From a virus, in IMG/VR virus record IMGVR_UViG_3300027833_000001, positions 101,128 to 165,127 of that record: 64,000 nucleotides of DNA; one strand, given 5' to 3'. Positions 8,976 to 18,906 of the stretch are shown piece by piece (position 1 is the stretch's first letter; every line of letters begins with the position of its first letter). Under the pieces are notes generated by a model. The model was given only the letters and a program-made list of their open reading frames with translations, searched no databases and was not told the DNA's origin. Both the position numbers and the translations under genes were made by a program.

Positions 8976-11473
8976 TTACATTTACCACATTTCATTGTAC
9001 ATATATTCAAAGGCTTTCTCTTTAGATGTTCGCTGATATTAGCAAAATCTGTATTGTGTATTACTTCACCTGTAGTAAAACCTGCTAAGTTATTATACTT
9101 CATATTGTATGGATAGTCAATAGGGTGATATGGTAAAAGTTTATTTTCTACTACATCTCTTGCAATGAACGCACAAGGAAAAGCATTACTAGACGAACCA
9201 ATATAAAAGTATCCACTTTTTCTAGCATCACACCATACTGGATCTTTTTCTTTCATTTTTGGTTTAGTTGTTCTTATTTCATTTTTCTTTGCAAACTGCT
9301 TTAGGGTGTGAAAGTCTATTGGTTTATCTTTTGCAATAGTATTTTCAATTTGATTCTCTTGTTCTGACTTTAACTCAGGCAGTACTTTTTGTATATGATC
9401 AACATATACAAGAGACTCAATATCACTAAATGTTTGTAGGGTTATAGTAATATTTTTGTCTTTTAAGTACTTACAGATTTCTTCTAACTCTACACAGTTT
9501 ACTGGGTCTGTTATTTCACACATAAAAGTTACCCAAGAAACTTTGTAACTATCGAATATATTTTTTATACTCTTTAGAGTGTGTTCATTACCGTCTACAA
9601 AAATGTCATTGAACTCTATGTTCGTATCATTCTGGCGAGTACTCAATTGTATCAGTGCGCCATCTGGTTCTTCATCTTCATATAGACCACGATATAAGTC
9701 ACTGTATTGTTCTCCATGCATTTGGAAATATTTTATGAGTGTATTTGTATCATCATTTTTCTGATTCATTATAGAAAGCAATTCTTCTTTAGGCATGATG
9801 TTGTATAATCGCTCAAAGACTTTCTCATAATTTTCTTTGTAAAACAATTCTTTTAGATATTCGATATAATATTTTTTATATAGCGATTGAACCTCATCCG
9901 AATCTGTATCCCAGAAGATACACTGAATACCATTGTCTACTACATTCTTCATAAAGTCTACTTTAATTGTTGGTAAAGTATTTTTATGCCACATTCTTCT
10001 ATACAATGCGATTGCTTGTAGTCTAGTTATTTTCCAAAAGTATCTTACTGGTCCGTGTACTTTTACTTCTTCTGCTACAACTTTGTGCATCTTAGAAATA
10101 TATCTTTCTTTGTAGAAATCATATACTTCCATTACAGTTTTGTTCCAGTACAATGATTCGTCACCATTTACAAGCATTGAGTCATCTGGATAATCAGCAA
10201 TAAACTTCTTGTGCATAGAAATCATATCGCCAGTTTCATAAAGTTCTTTTATGGTCTGTAAATGTATTGAATCTATTTGTCTAATAAATGTAGTATCTGA
10301 TATTTCTCTTTCCAATTCTGGAAGAGATTTCTTTATATCGTCTACATTACCAGTTAAGTGTGCATCTATCTCTGGAAAATCATTTACGAATTTATTTACA
10401 AGAGACTGTAAATCATTGCTCTTTATCAGTGATTCAATATCTTCAACAACCTCTTTATTCATAAAACGATTCTCTAACATTTCATCTGTCAGAGATTTCA
10501 TTCCTAACCATTCTTTTAGAGTGTTGAAATTTTTTGAGTACTGATCCCAATCAGACCGTAGGCTAGGCAAATCTTTTGCAAATTTCTTTTCTAGTGTATC
10601 GTAGTCTTTATTTGTAAGAAGATTATCAATCTTAACCGTGTGCTTGTTTCTAGTAAAGAAGTTTTTAGGAAATTTAGGTAACCATAACTTTTCAAATTCA
10701 TCTTTGCCGTGCCAATGTATTAATAGATTGTAATTCTTTAGTTCGTGTGGTTTAACACCAGACGTATTCTTACCAAGCATATCGACATTGAACAGAGCAA
10801 ACTTTGCATTATCTCTATACAAGTTTTGTGAAAGATCATCTGGATATTGTTTGCCTCTATTGTAAGAGTACACCCAGTCTACTGGTAAGAAGTTCCAGTA
10901 ATTATCACCCACTGTTTGATGTTCTCTATATGGATAATAATTGTCGGTGCCTTTATAGAATGTTTTGAACACAACATCACTATGTGCCATAACATCATCA
11001 TAAATCTTTTCACCCTGATCAGTACACCACAACATCACACTAGAGTTATATAGTGATCCTTTTATATCTAAGAATCGTCTATCTTTAATTACAGAGGGAT
11101 CTTCCCAATGAGAATAGATCATATGAGGAGACTTTGCGAGTTGTTCTATTTCGTCAATGTTGTTTTGTATTATGATATCTAAATCAAGATAGCAGAAAGG
11201 ACCTTTTGTTTTTAGCCATCGATGTGAATTGAGCATAAGAAACTTGGCTCTATCCCAACAGTAATTCTCTTCACCAAACCAGTATCTAGGATGTAATGGC
11301 TTAACATTAGGAATTGGGCGAGTAGTAATACCCTTATTGATACCTTCTGGCTCATCTGTATAGCAGATGAATTTAAAACGCTTTGTATAATTGCGTTTGA
11401 CCATTCCGTGAAGGTTGTTTACATATTCTGCGGTATACTTGTTACCCCATTTTATGCATAGAAAGTGCATCAT
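8972..11473 (-). CDS. Glycosyltransferase fused to helical region and Cys-rich SPASM-like C-terminus
   Basis: CIKWGNKY, YLDLD, NSSVM in N-terminal ~260 aa; C-terminal CDAR...FPCAF...CTMKCGKCK. Confidence 0.65.
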   Translation of the reverse strand: MMHFLCIKWGNKYTAEYVNNLHGMVKRNYTKRFKFICYTDEPEGINKGITTRPIPNVKPLHPRYWFGEENYCWDRAKFLMLNSHRWLKTKGPFCYLDLDIIIQNNIDEIEQLAKSPHMIYSHWEDPSVIKDRRFLDIKGSLYNSSVMLWCTDQGEKIYDDVMAHSDVVFKTFYKGTDNYYPYREHQTVGDNYWNFLPVDWVYSYNRGKQYPDDLSQNLYRDNAKFALFNVDMLGKNTSGVKPHELKNYNLLIHWHGKDEFEKLWLPKFPKNFFTRNKHTVKIDNLLTNKDYDTLEKKFAKDLPSLRSDWDQYSKNFNTLKEWLGMKSLTDEMLENRFMNKEVVEDIESLIKSNDLQSLVNKFVNDFPEIDAHLTGNVDDIKKSLPELEREISDTTFIRQIDSIHLQTIKELYETGDMISMHKKFIADYPDDSMLVNGDESLYWNKTVMEVYDFYKERYISKMHKVVAEEVKVHGPVRYFWKITRLQAIALYRRMWHKNTLPTIKVDFMKNVVDNGIQCIFWDTDSDEVQSLYKKYYIEYLKELFYKENYEKVFERLYNIMPKEELLSIMNQKNDDTNTLIKYFQMHGEQYSDLYRGLYEDEEPDGALIQLSTRQNDTNIEFNDIFVDGNEHTLKSIKNIFDSYKVSWVTFMCEITDPVNCVELEEICKYLKDKNITITLQTFSDIESLVYVDHIQKVLPELKSEQENQIENTIAKDKPIDFHTLKQFAKKNEIRTTKPKMKEKDPVWCDARKSGYFYIGSSSNAFPCAFIARDVVENKLLPYHPIDYPYNMKYNNLAGFTTGEVIHNTDFANISEHLKRKPLNICTMKCGKCK

Positions 11474-12101
11474 AATATTTCTGTCTCAAATTAACGGTAG
11501 TTTCACTTTGTCCGTTCAGTAGTACTATAGGATATTCTGGTAATATCTGATACGCTCTAGGTGAAGTATCAGTCTCAGTATCTACACCACATAAAAATGA
11601 ATAAATCATATTTTTAGGAAATGTTCTTTGAATCAATTTTTCATGGAATAAATACCAATCATCATTGTCTTTATATTTAGTCATGTAGTAATCAATGTTT
11701 TCTAGCCAATCATCATATATCAAAGATGGGTGTTTTTCATCTGAATTCCATGTCATCACCGAAGAGTTGTATTTACTTCCAAAATCTTTCCAGTAGGTTT
11801 GACATATAGTTGGCTTATCACAGTAAGAAAAGAATTCATATATGTCACATTGTAACACAATATCTAGGTCTAAGTAAAGAACTTCACCAATATTTTTTAG
11901 ACTAAATAGTTGTATCTTTCTCCAATTACTTTCAATATCTTCATTAATGAATTTAACATCTATTTCAGGTCGAAGTAAATGTGCATGGTCTGAAGTAGTT
12001 AAACAAACATAATTATATTCGCCACGAGTACTATCATATATTCTATGTACGTCATCAACGCTATACTTATCTCCATACAGAAGGGTTAGGATTGTCTTCA
12101 A
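11442..12101 (-). CDS. Glycosyltransferase (KWGxKY-related family)
   Basis: YGDKY, WRKIQLF, YLDLD, YNSSVMTW; TTG start with GGAG upstream. Confidence 0.7.
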   Translation of the reverse strand: MKTILTLLYGDKYSVDDVHRIYDSTRGEYNYVCLTTSDHAHLLRPEIDVKFINEDIESNWRKIQLFSLKNIGEVLYLDLDIVLQCDIYEFFSYCDKPTICQTYWKDFGSKYNSSVMTWNSDEKHPSLIYDDWLENIDYYMTKYKDNDDWYLFHEKLIQRTFPKNMIYSFLCGVDTETDTSPRAYQILPEYPIVLLNGQSETTVNLRQKYYDALSMHKMG

Positions 12102-12118
12102 GTCTAAACTCCATGTTA

Positions 12119-12126
12119 TATAAATA
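12119..12126 (+). promoter_or_regulatory. T4-type late promoter TATAAATA
   Basis: Exact consensus upstream of ORF 12154. Confidence 0.7.
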
Positions 12127-12153
12127 GATTACAGAACAGAGGAACTGCAATAT

Positions 12154-12480
12154 ATGGCAACGGTAAATAATATCGTGATTGATCAGGGCACTACCTTTTC
12201 ATTTACGGTCAATCTTACGAATGACGATGGTACCAAGAAAGATTTGACGAATTATGCCGTCACTTCTCAGATGCGTAAAAGTTATTACACTACTACTTAT
12301 ACGTCATTCACTACAGCGAAAATAGATTTAGAAGGTCAGATTACTATATCTTTGACCGCCGCTCAATCATCTGCTGTAAAGGCTGGAAGATACGTTTACG
12401 ATATTGAGATTGCTAGTTCAACTGAAACATTGAGGATTATGGAAGGAATTGTGACTGTAACTCCGGAGGTTACAAAGTAA
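12154..12480 (+). CDS. Small beta-sandwich virion/tail adaptor protein
   Basis: IDQGTTF...QMRKSY...L.LTA.Q...GRYVYDIE...RIMEG..TVTP.VT pattern common in marine myophage tail regions. Confidence 0.7.
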   Translation: MATVNNIVIDQGTTFSFTVNLTNDDGTKKDLTNYAVTSQMRKSYYTTTYTSFTTAKIDLEGQITISLTAAQSSAVKAGRYVYDIEIASSTETLRIMEGIVTVTPEVTK

Positions 12481-12758
12481 TGGCAATAAAAGTAAATATA
12501 CCATCGAATGCAAGTACTACGAAAGTAAGCATACCGACAACAGGTACTATTGCTTCAGTTGTTACTACACAATCTCAGGCAATTACAAACGCAAAGTTAC
12601 AAAATTTAGCCAATATTGATATTTCAACTAATGGTTTATTGGACGGTCATACTTTGGTTTATGATGAAGAAACAGGCAATTTTGTTGCCCAAGCATTAAC
12701 CGCTTCTGTTGATATTGATTCATTGAATCTAACATCACTAGATGGTGGAACGTATTAG
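12480..12758 (+). CDS. Small tail-associated protein ending in DGGTY
   Basis: DGHTLVYD motif; C-terminal LDGGTY. Confidence 0.65.
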   Translation: MAIKVNIPSNASTTKVSIPTTGTIASVVTTQSQAITNAKLQNLANIDISTNGLLDGHTLVYDEETGNFVAQALTASVDIDSLNLTSLDGGTY

Positions 12759-12819
12759 TGATCAACATTCGTTATGAACAAAAGATTTCAGTAAACATAG
12801 AAAAATGAGGAAACATTAA

Positions 12820-14082
12820 ATGGCAACCACTATTCAGATTAAGCGATCAACCGCTTCTGCCGCACCAGCAACTACTGATTTAGTAGAAGCGGAACTGGCA
12901 TATAGCCAAGACAAAAGCAATGATGGCACCGGTGCCATCCTTTATATTGAATCCGTAAACAACGATAACAGTGCAGTAATCCACAAACTTGGTGGTAAAT
13001 TCTATACAGATATCGTTGACGGTGCAACCAATGCGAACACCGGAAACAAACTTGTAAAAAGAGATGCGAGTGGTAACATTGCCGCTGGTACTATTACGTT
13101 TGGCAGTCTTGCTGACGGTACAATCACAGCAACAGGTTTTGTTGATGAAGATAACATGGCATCAAATAGTGCCACACTTATCCCAACTCAGCAATCAGTT
13201 AAAGCATACGTAGATTCTAAAGATTTCTATGTAGACCTTGGTATAGCTGGCGACTCTGGTACTGGAGCAATTACAGATGCAGAAACACTTACTCTTACTG
13301 GTGGAACAGGTATCACAACAGCGGTATCTGGCAATGAAGTTACTCACACACTAGATAACACCGCAGTAAGTGCGGGTAGTTATGGTAGTACTACTGCTAT
13401 TCCTACTTTTACAGTAGACGCACAAGGTAGATTGACAGCCGCAGGCACTGCTTCAATTTCAACTTCATTTAATATTGCTGGTGACAGTGGTACTACAAAT
13501 GCTATTGATGGTGCAGAAACGCTTACTTTTAACGGCACAACAAATGAAATAGAAACCGCAGTATCAGCAAATGCAGTTACTATTGGTCTTCCTACTAACC
13601 CAACTATCGGTGGTAATCTTACTGTCTCTGGTAACTTGATTGTTTCTGGTACTAGAACAGAAGTAAACACACAGACTTTGGAAGTAGTTGATCCACTATT
13701 TGCACTTGCAACGAACAACAGTAGTTCCGATGCAGTTGATATTGGTTTCTACGGACTCTATGATACGTCTGGATCTCAAGACCTATACAGTGGTCTTTTC
13801 AGAGATGCAAACGATGGTAAATGGAAACTGTTTAAAGATACACAAGCAGTACCAACAACAGTGGTTGATACTACTGGTACTGGTTATGCAGTCGCATCGC
13901 TAGTAGCAAACTTGGAAGGTAACGTAACTGGTAACGTAACTGGTACAACTTCAAGTATTGCAAACCACGATACGGATGCCCTTAGTGAAGGGTCAAGTAA
14001 TCTTTACTACACAGCCGCACGTTTCAATAGTGCATTTGACACTAGACTTGACGCCGCAACTATAGACGGTGGTACTTACTAA
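12820..14082 (+). CDS. Tail fibre-like protein
   Basis: MATTIQIKRS...ELAY N-terminal domain; GSYGSTTAIPTFTVDAQGRLT, AGDSGT and NVTG repeats; C-terminal IDGGTY. Confidence 0.75.
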   Translation: MATTIQIKRSTASAAPATTDLVEAELAYSQDKSNDGTGAILYIESVNNDNSAVIHKLGGKFYTDIVDGATNANTGNKLVKRDASGNIAAGTITFGSLADGTITATGFVDEDNMASNSATLIPTQQSVKAYVDSKDFYVDLGIAGDSGTGAITDAETLTLTGGTGITTAVSGNEVTHTLDNTAVSAGSYGSTTAIPTFTVDAQGRLTAAGTASISTSFNIAGDSGTTNAIDGAETLTFNGTTNEIETAVSANAVTIGLPTNPTIGGNLTVSGNLIVSGTRTEVNTQTLEVVDPLFALATNNSSSDAVDIGFYGLYDTSGSQDLYSGLFRDANDGKWKLFKDTQAVPTTVVDTTGTGYAVASLVANLEGNVTGNVTGTTSSIANHDTDALSEGSSNLYYTAARFNSAFDTRLDAATIDGGTY

Positions 14083-14108
14083 CAATTAATTATTTTTGGA
14101 GATGATAC

Positions 14109-14258
14109 ATGGATGAGAAATTAGTGAATCAATATATTCAAACTATGGCGGAAGAAATTAACCGCTTGACGCAAGAAAATATTGTTTTGAAATCGAAGTT
14201 AGTGATTGCAACACAATCATTGAATACTCAGAATGAAGAAACAAAAGAAGAGGACTAA
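14109..14258 (+). CDS. Small coiled-coil protein (49 aa, not in ORF track)
   Basis: MDEKLVNQYIQTMAEEINRLTQENIVLKSKL...; GGAG RBS; fills the gap exactly. Confidence 0.65.
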   Translation: MDEKLVNQYIQTMAEEINRLTQENIVLKSKLVIATQSLNTQNEETKEED

Positions 14259-14681
14259 ATGGCTACAGTAATACGATTAAAAAGATCCGAAACAGCAAGT
14301 GATGCTCCAACTGCATCTGACTTAGCTGTGGGTGAAATTGCCATGAATATGGCAGATCGTCTACTGTACTCTAAGAAAACTGACGGAAGTATAATTTCCA
14401 TAGGCGCCGCAAGATTACCAGAATCTTTTACTTGGTCAAATGACTTAGATTTTGGTACCTTAGCTACTGCGACTGGAGATGCTTACGATTGGGGTGACCT
14501 CACATCTGCTTCAACTGAGTACGATTTAGGCGCGGTAACAACAATAACCAATATACATTCAGATGCGCCTGCCAGTGCAACTGCAAGTGGAACAAAAGGG
14601 GATTTAACTTTCGACTCGGACTATATGTACGTCTGTGTCGCTACTAATACCTGGAAACGTGTTGCGCTTTCAAGTTGGTAA
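14259..14681 (+). CDS. Short tail fibre-associated protein
   Basis: MATVIRLKRS...GEIA N-domain; C-terminal PASATASGTKGD...YMYVCVATNTWKRVALSSW module. Confidence 0.7.
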   Translation: MATVIRLKRSETASDAPTASDLAVGEIAMNMADRLLYSKKTDGSIISIGAARLPESFTWSNDLDFGTLATATGDAYDWGDLTSASTEYDLGAVTTITNIHSDAPASATASGTKGDLTFDSDYMYVCVATNTWKRVALSSW

Positions 14682-14690
14682 GCTAATATA

Positions 14691-14698
14691 TATTTATA
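14691..14698 (-). promoter_or_regulatory. Possible minus-strand late promoter (TATAAATA)
   Basis: TATTTATA on + strand in the intergenic gap. Confidence 0.4.
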
Positions 14699-14717
14699 GA
14701 GAGTAAAGAGATAAACT

Positions 14718-15737
14718 ATGCCAACAAAATTACAACTAAGACGAGGTAGTACATCAGACCATTCCAGTTTTACTGGCGCCGTCGGTGAAGTTACCATCGA
14801 TACAGACAAGGATACTCTGGTAGTTCATGACGGATCAACCGCTGGTGGATTTGTAGTACCTAGACTATCTGATATTAGCGTAACCGATTCGGGTGGTGAC
14901 GGCTCGCTTTCATATAACAATTCAACCGGTGTACTTACTTATACTGGTCCAAGCGCATCTGAAGTTAGAGCGCACATTACTGCTGGTGCTGGTATTTCAG
15001 TTTCAAGTGGTGTTGTTACATTAGACATACTTGACGAAGATAACTTTTCAACAGATAGTGCCACAAAAGCTCCTTCACAGCAATCTACAAAAGCATATAT
15101 TGCTAGCCAGATTGCAACCAAAGACAATACAGATGAGATGACAGAAGGGTCAACCAATCTCTACTTTACGAATTCTAGAGCAGACGCAAGAATATCAAAT
15201 GCTCTTAAAGATGAAGATAACATGGCATCTGATAGTGCTACACATCTTCCTTCTCAACAAAGCGTTAAAGCATACGTTGATGCACAGACAACAGACGAAA
15301 CTGCGGAAGGTTCATCTAATTTATATTTTACCACTGCCCGAGTTGATTCACAAATAGATTCATATCTCAATGCAGGAACTGGAATAACACTTGCTGGTAG
15401 TGGCGCAGTCGCAGTTAATACCTCTGTCATACCAACAATAACTGCAATGAATTCAGCAATTGCAACAAGCATATCTAACCTAGTCGATTCATCACCAGAT
15501 GCATTGAATACGTTAAATGAGTTAGCCGCAGCCTTAGGCGATGATGCTAACTTCAGTACGACAGTAACAAACAGTATAGCAACAAAAGCTCCACTTGCTA
15601 GTGCGGCTCTTACGGGTACACCAACAGCACCCACAGCAAGTACGGGTACAAACACTACTCAACTAGCTACTACTGCTTACGTAAAACAAGAAATAGATGC
15701 ACTCAAGGCACTCTTGTATGCATATGATCAATCATAA
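14718..15737 (+). CDS. Tail fibre-like protein with Mtd-like N-terminus
   Basis: LQLRRG...FTGAVGEVTIDT...VVHDGSTAGG; EGSxNLYFT and SQQSVKAY repeats; LNTLNELAAALGDD and TGTPTAPT fibre motifs. Confidence 0.75.
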   Translation: MPTKLQLRRGSTSDHSSFTGAVGEVTIDTDKDTLVVHDGSTAGGFVVPRLSDISVTDSGGDGSLSYNNSTGVLTYTGPSASEVRAHITAGAGISVSSGVVTLDILDEDNFSTDSATKAPSQQSTKAYIASQIATKDNTDEMTEGSTNLYFTNSRADARISNALKDEDNMASDSATHLPSQQSVKAYVDAQTTDETAEGSSNLYFTTARVDSQIDSYLNAGTGITLAGSGAVAVNTSVIPTITAMNSAIATSISNLVDSSPDALNTLNELAAALGDDANFSTTVTNSIATKAPLASAALTGTPTAPTASTGTNTTQLATTAYVKQEIDALKALLYAYDQS

Positions 15738-15748
15738 GGCGGAGTTAA

Positions 15749-16714
15749 ATGGCGTTATCAACTAGACAAGGACTAATAGACTATTGTTTAAGACGTTTGG
15801 GCTTCCCGGTTATTGAGATTAATATCGATGATGATCAGATAGAAGACCGCGTTGACGATGCTTTACAATTATTCCAAGAATACCACTTTGATGGTGTTGA
15901 AAGAACATATGTAAAGCACCAAATAACAGGGTCTACTTTAAACATTCAAACTGGCATTGCCGCAAACTTCAATGTGGGTGAAACTGTAACTGGAGCAACT
16001 AGTGGTGCTACAGCGGAAGTAGTAACTGGAGTAGCAAGCGCATTAACAGTAGACAATATTAAAGGCACATTCGTAGCAAGCGAAGTACTTAACGGTTCAG
16101 TAAGTGGACTATCTGCTACACTCTCAGCATCGAATTTCTATGCCGCGGGTGATTTGGAAAATGGATACTTTCCAATCAATTCAAACATTCTAAGTATACA
16201 GAGACTATTCCCAATAGGGCAGAGTTCTCAGACAACTGGTACAAACAATATGTTTGACCTTATGTATCAAATGCGAATGAATGATATGTACAGTTTACTG
16301 AGTGCTGACCTCACGTATTACAGCATGGTACAGACGCACCTAAGCACTCTGGATCAAATGTTTGTTAATCAGCGACAGATACGTTGGAATAGAAAAACGA
16401 ACAAACTTTATATCGACACTGATTGGGATTTAACTTTCAATGTGGGCGATTATGTTGTAGCAGAAGCATACGCAATCATAGACCCTTCACTATATCCTGA
16501 AGTGTGGGATGATATGTTCCTTAAAAAATATCTTACCGCATTGCTCAAAAGACAATGGGGAGAAAACATGAAGAAATTTGGAGGAATACAATTACCGGGC
16601 GGAGTGACTTTAAACGGTGTAGAATTATTTCAAGAAGCAACCGCCGAGATCGCACAGATTGAAGATGAGATGCAGATGAAGTATGAACTACCACCGACAT
16701 TTATGGTGGGATAA
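15749..16714 (+). CDS. gp13: Neck protein gp13
   Basis: YCLRRLGFPVIEIN, QWGENMKKF..LPGGVTLNG; synteny. Confidence 0.9.
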   Translation: MALSTRQGLIDYCLRRLGFPVIEINIDDDQIEDRVDDALQLFQEYHFDGVERTYVKHQITGSTLNIQTGIAANFNVGETVTGATSGATAEVVTGVASALTVDNIKGTFVASEVLNGSVSGLSATLSASNFYAAGDLENGYFPINSNILSIQRLFPIGQSSQTTGTNNMFDLMYQMRMNDMYSLLSADLTYYSMVQTHLSTLDQMFVNQRQIRWNRKTNKLYIDTDWDLTFNVGDYVVAEAYAIIDPSLYPEVWDDMFLKKYLTALLKRQWGENMKKFGGIQLPGGVTLNGVELFQEATAEIAQIEDEMQMKYELPPTFMVG

Positions 16715-16721
16715 ATAGAGC

Positions 16722-17459
16722 ATGGCTACTAATTTTTACTTCCAAAATGGTGACACCTCAGGCACAACCTCAGAACAAAGGCTAGTAGAAAGCCTTGTAA
16801 TAGAGAGTCTGAAGATTTACGGGCATGATGTTTTTTATTTGCCACGTACTCTGGTAAACAGAGATACAATCTTTGACGAAGATGCACTGTCTAAGTTCAC
16901 ACAATCATATCCTTTAGAAATGTACATGGAGAATGTACAAGGGTTTGAGGGCGACGGAGATATATTTTCTAAGTTTGGTATAGAAATACGAGACTCAGCC
17001 ACATTTGTATTGGCAAAGAAACGATGGGAAGATTTAGTAGATACTTCTGGCGGTACTTTTCAGTTAGACGCAAGACCTGCAGAAGGAGACTTACTGTATT
17101 TTGCTAAGACAGGATCACTATTTGAAATTAAATTTGTAGAGTTTCAAAATCCATTCTATCAACTTGGAAAGATATACGTATTTAGATTACAATGTGAATT
17201 GTTTCAGTATAGTTCAGAAGTACTTGATACTGGTAATGCTGGTGTTGATGCTATCGAAGATGGTAATTCTCTCGATTCATTCCTGTTTCAGTTGAAGACT
17301 GAAGCTGGTGATCTACTACTTTCAGAGACAAGCGATTCAATTATTAAAGAAGAATTTGCAACAACGAAGACTAATGCAAATACTGATAACGATGACTTCT
17401 TAAACTTCACTGATATAGTGGACTTCACTGAAGTAAATCCATTTGGTGAGGTAGGTTAA
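16722..17459 (+). CDS. gp14: Neck protein gp14
   Basis: YLPR, SKFGIEIRD, RPAEGDL, PFYQLGK, EVNPFG. Confidence 0.9.
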   Translation: MATNFYFQNGDTSGTTSEQRLVESLVIESLKIYGHDVFYLPRTLVNRDTIFDEDALSKFTQSYPLEMYMENVQGFEGDGDIFSKFGIEIRDSATFVLAKKRWEDLVDTSGGTFQLDARPAEGDLLYFAKTGSLFEIKFVEFQNPFYQLGKIYVFRLQCELFQYSSEVLDTGNAGVDAIEDGNSLDSFLFQLKTEAGDLLLSETSDSIIKEEFATTKTNANTDNDDFLNFTDIVDFTEVNPFGEVG

Positions 17460-18463
17460 TGTTTAAAGATAAACAGTTTTATCATTCTACAACGAAGAAA
17501 GCAATTATTGCATTCGGCACAATCTTTAGTAACATACAGATTGAAAGAAAAAACTCTGCTGGTGAAATAGCACAGTCAATAAGAGTACCACTTGCGTATT
17601 CACCAAAGCAAAAGTTTTTAGCTAGGATAGCGGCAATACCAGATACCGAGAGTCGTGGTGAAGTTGCTATTACTTTGCCTAGACTTGGCTTTGAGATTAC
17701 TGGTATTTCATATGATCCAAACAGAAAGATTTCACCAATAAACAAAAACGTAGCATTGCATACAGATAGTACACTTACAGCAAGAACCAGTTTTGTATCT
17801 ACACCATATGACTTAAATCTTACCCTGTACTCTTTCGCAAAGAATCAAGATGATGCCTTGCAGATAGCAGAACAGATAATGCCACATTTTAATCCAGACT
17901 TTAATATCACAGTTAATGATTTACCTGAAATGGGTATCAAAAGAGATATTAAAATAAACTTGGACAGCATTGCATATGAAGATAATTATGAAGGTTCATA
18001 TGCTGGAGACAGACAGAGTATTATATGGTCTTTTAATTTCACGATGAAGTTAAACTACTACGGCTTTGTGAGTACACAAGGTATGATAAGAAAAGCAATT
18101 GCGTCTACTTGGCAGAATCCAGAACTACTAGGAGAGTATGTCAAGCAAACATATTCAGTAGAGAACGTAAAAGCAACAGCAACAGCGACAGTTTCAAGTG
18201 GTGCAGTAAATGCTGTTAATTTGGTGTATAGCGGTGATAAGTACACTTATGCACCCAATGTAACATTCTCTACAGGCACCGCAAGAGCAACAGCAGTTCT
18301 TGGTACTGATGGCAAGATTAAATCTATAACAGTTACTAATGGTGGTACTGGATATAGTACTGCTCCCACAGTAGATATTGAAGCGCCAGAAGGATATCAA
18401 GAGTTCCCTGGTCCAGCAGATGCATATAGATTCGTGGAAGAGTTTGAACAGGAATTTTCATAA
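17459..18463 (+). CDS. gp15: Tail terminator/sheath stabiliser gp15 with inserted repeat domain
   Basis: FGTIFSNI, VPLAYSPKQKFL, LPRLGFEI, EQIMPHF. Confidence 0.9.
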   Translation: MFKDKQFYHSTTKKAIIAFGTIFSNIQIERKNSAGEIAQSIRVPLAYSPKQKFLARIAAIPDTESRGEVAITLPRLGFEITGISYDPNRKISPINKNVALHTDSTLTARTSFVSTPYDLNLTLYSFAKNQDDALQIAEQIMPHFNPDFNITVNDLPEMGIKRDIKINLDSIAYEDNYEGSYAGDRQSIIWSFNFTMKLNYYGFVSTQGMIRKAIASTWQNPELLGEYVKQTYSVENVKATATATVSSGAVNAVNLVYSGDKYTYAPNVTFSTGTARATAVLGTDGKIKSITVTNGGTGYSTAPTVDIEAPEGYQEFPGPADAYRFVEEFEQEFS

Positions 18464-18906
18464 TGACAAACAAAGTATTCGATGCTCTGGATAAAACTTT
18501 TCAAGTTTCCCAGACAAAAACAGAAGAACTAAAGACGCCTGCAATAGTGCAGACTGCTATAGATTCAACAGTTGCAAGTGATTTTGAGGAAGCAAGACAA
18601 GCACTCAAGAGATCAATGTCGTATAACGAAGAGGCTATACAAGGCATATTAAGCATAGCACAGAACAGCGACAACCCTAGAGCATTTGAAGTTGCAGGAC
18701 AGCTAATCAAATCTATGGCTGAAGGTGCAAAAGATATTATGGAAGTACAAAGAACGAAGCAAACAATTGATAAAGTAAATGGTAACATTGATACTAGTAA
18801 TGTTACGAATAATAATCTTTTTGTTGGCAGTACCTCTGAACTTCTTAAAATGATTAACAAACAGAAAGAAGATCAAGAAAAATTGGTGAGTAATGGCTCT
18901 GATTGA
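18463..18906 (+). CDS. gp16: Terminase small subunit gp16
   Basis: PRAFEVAGQL, NNLFVGSTSEL. Confidence 0.9.
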   Translation: MTNKVFDALDKTFQVSQTKTEELKTPAIVQTAIDSTVASDFEEARQALKRSMSYNEEAIQGILSIAQNSDNPRAFEVAGQLIKSMAEGAKDIMEVQRTKQTIDKVNGNIDTSNVTNNNLFVGSTSELLKMINKQKEDQEKLVSNGSD

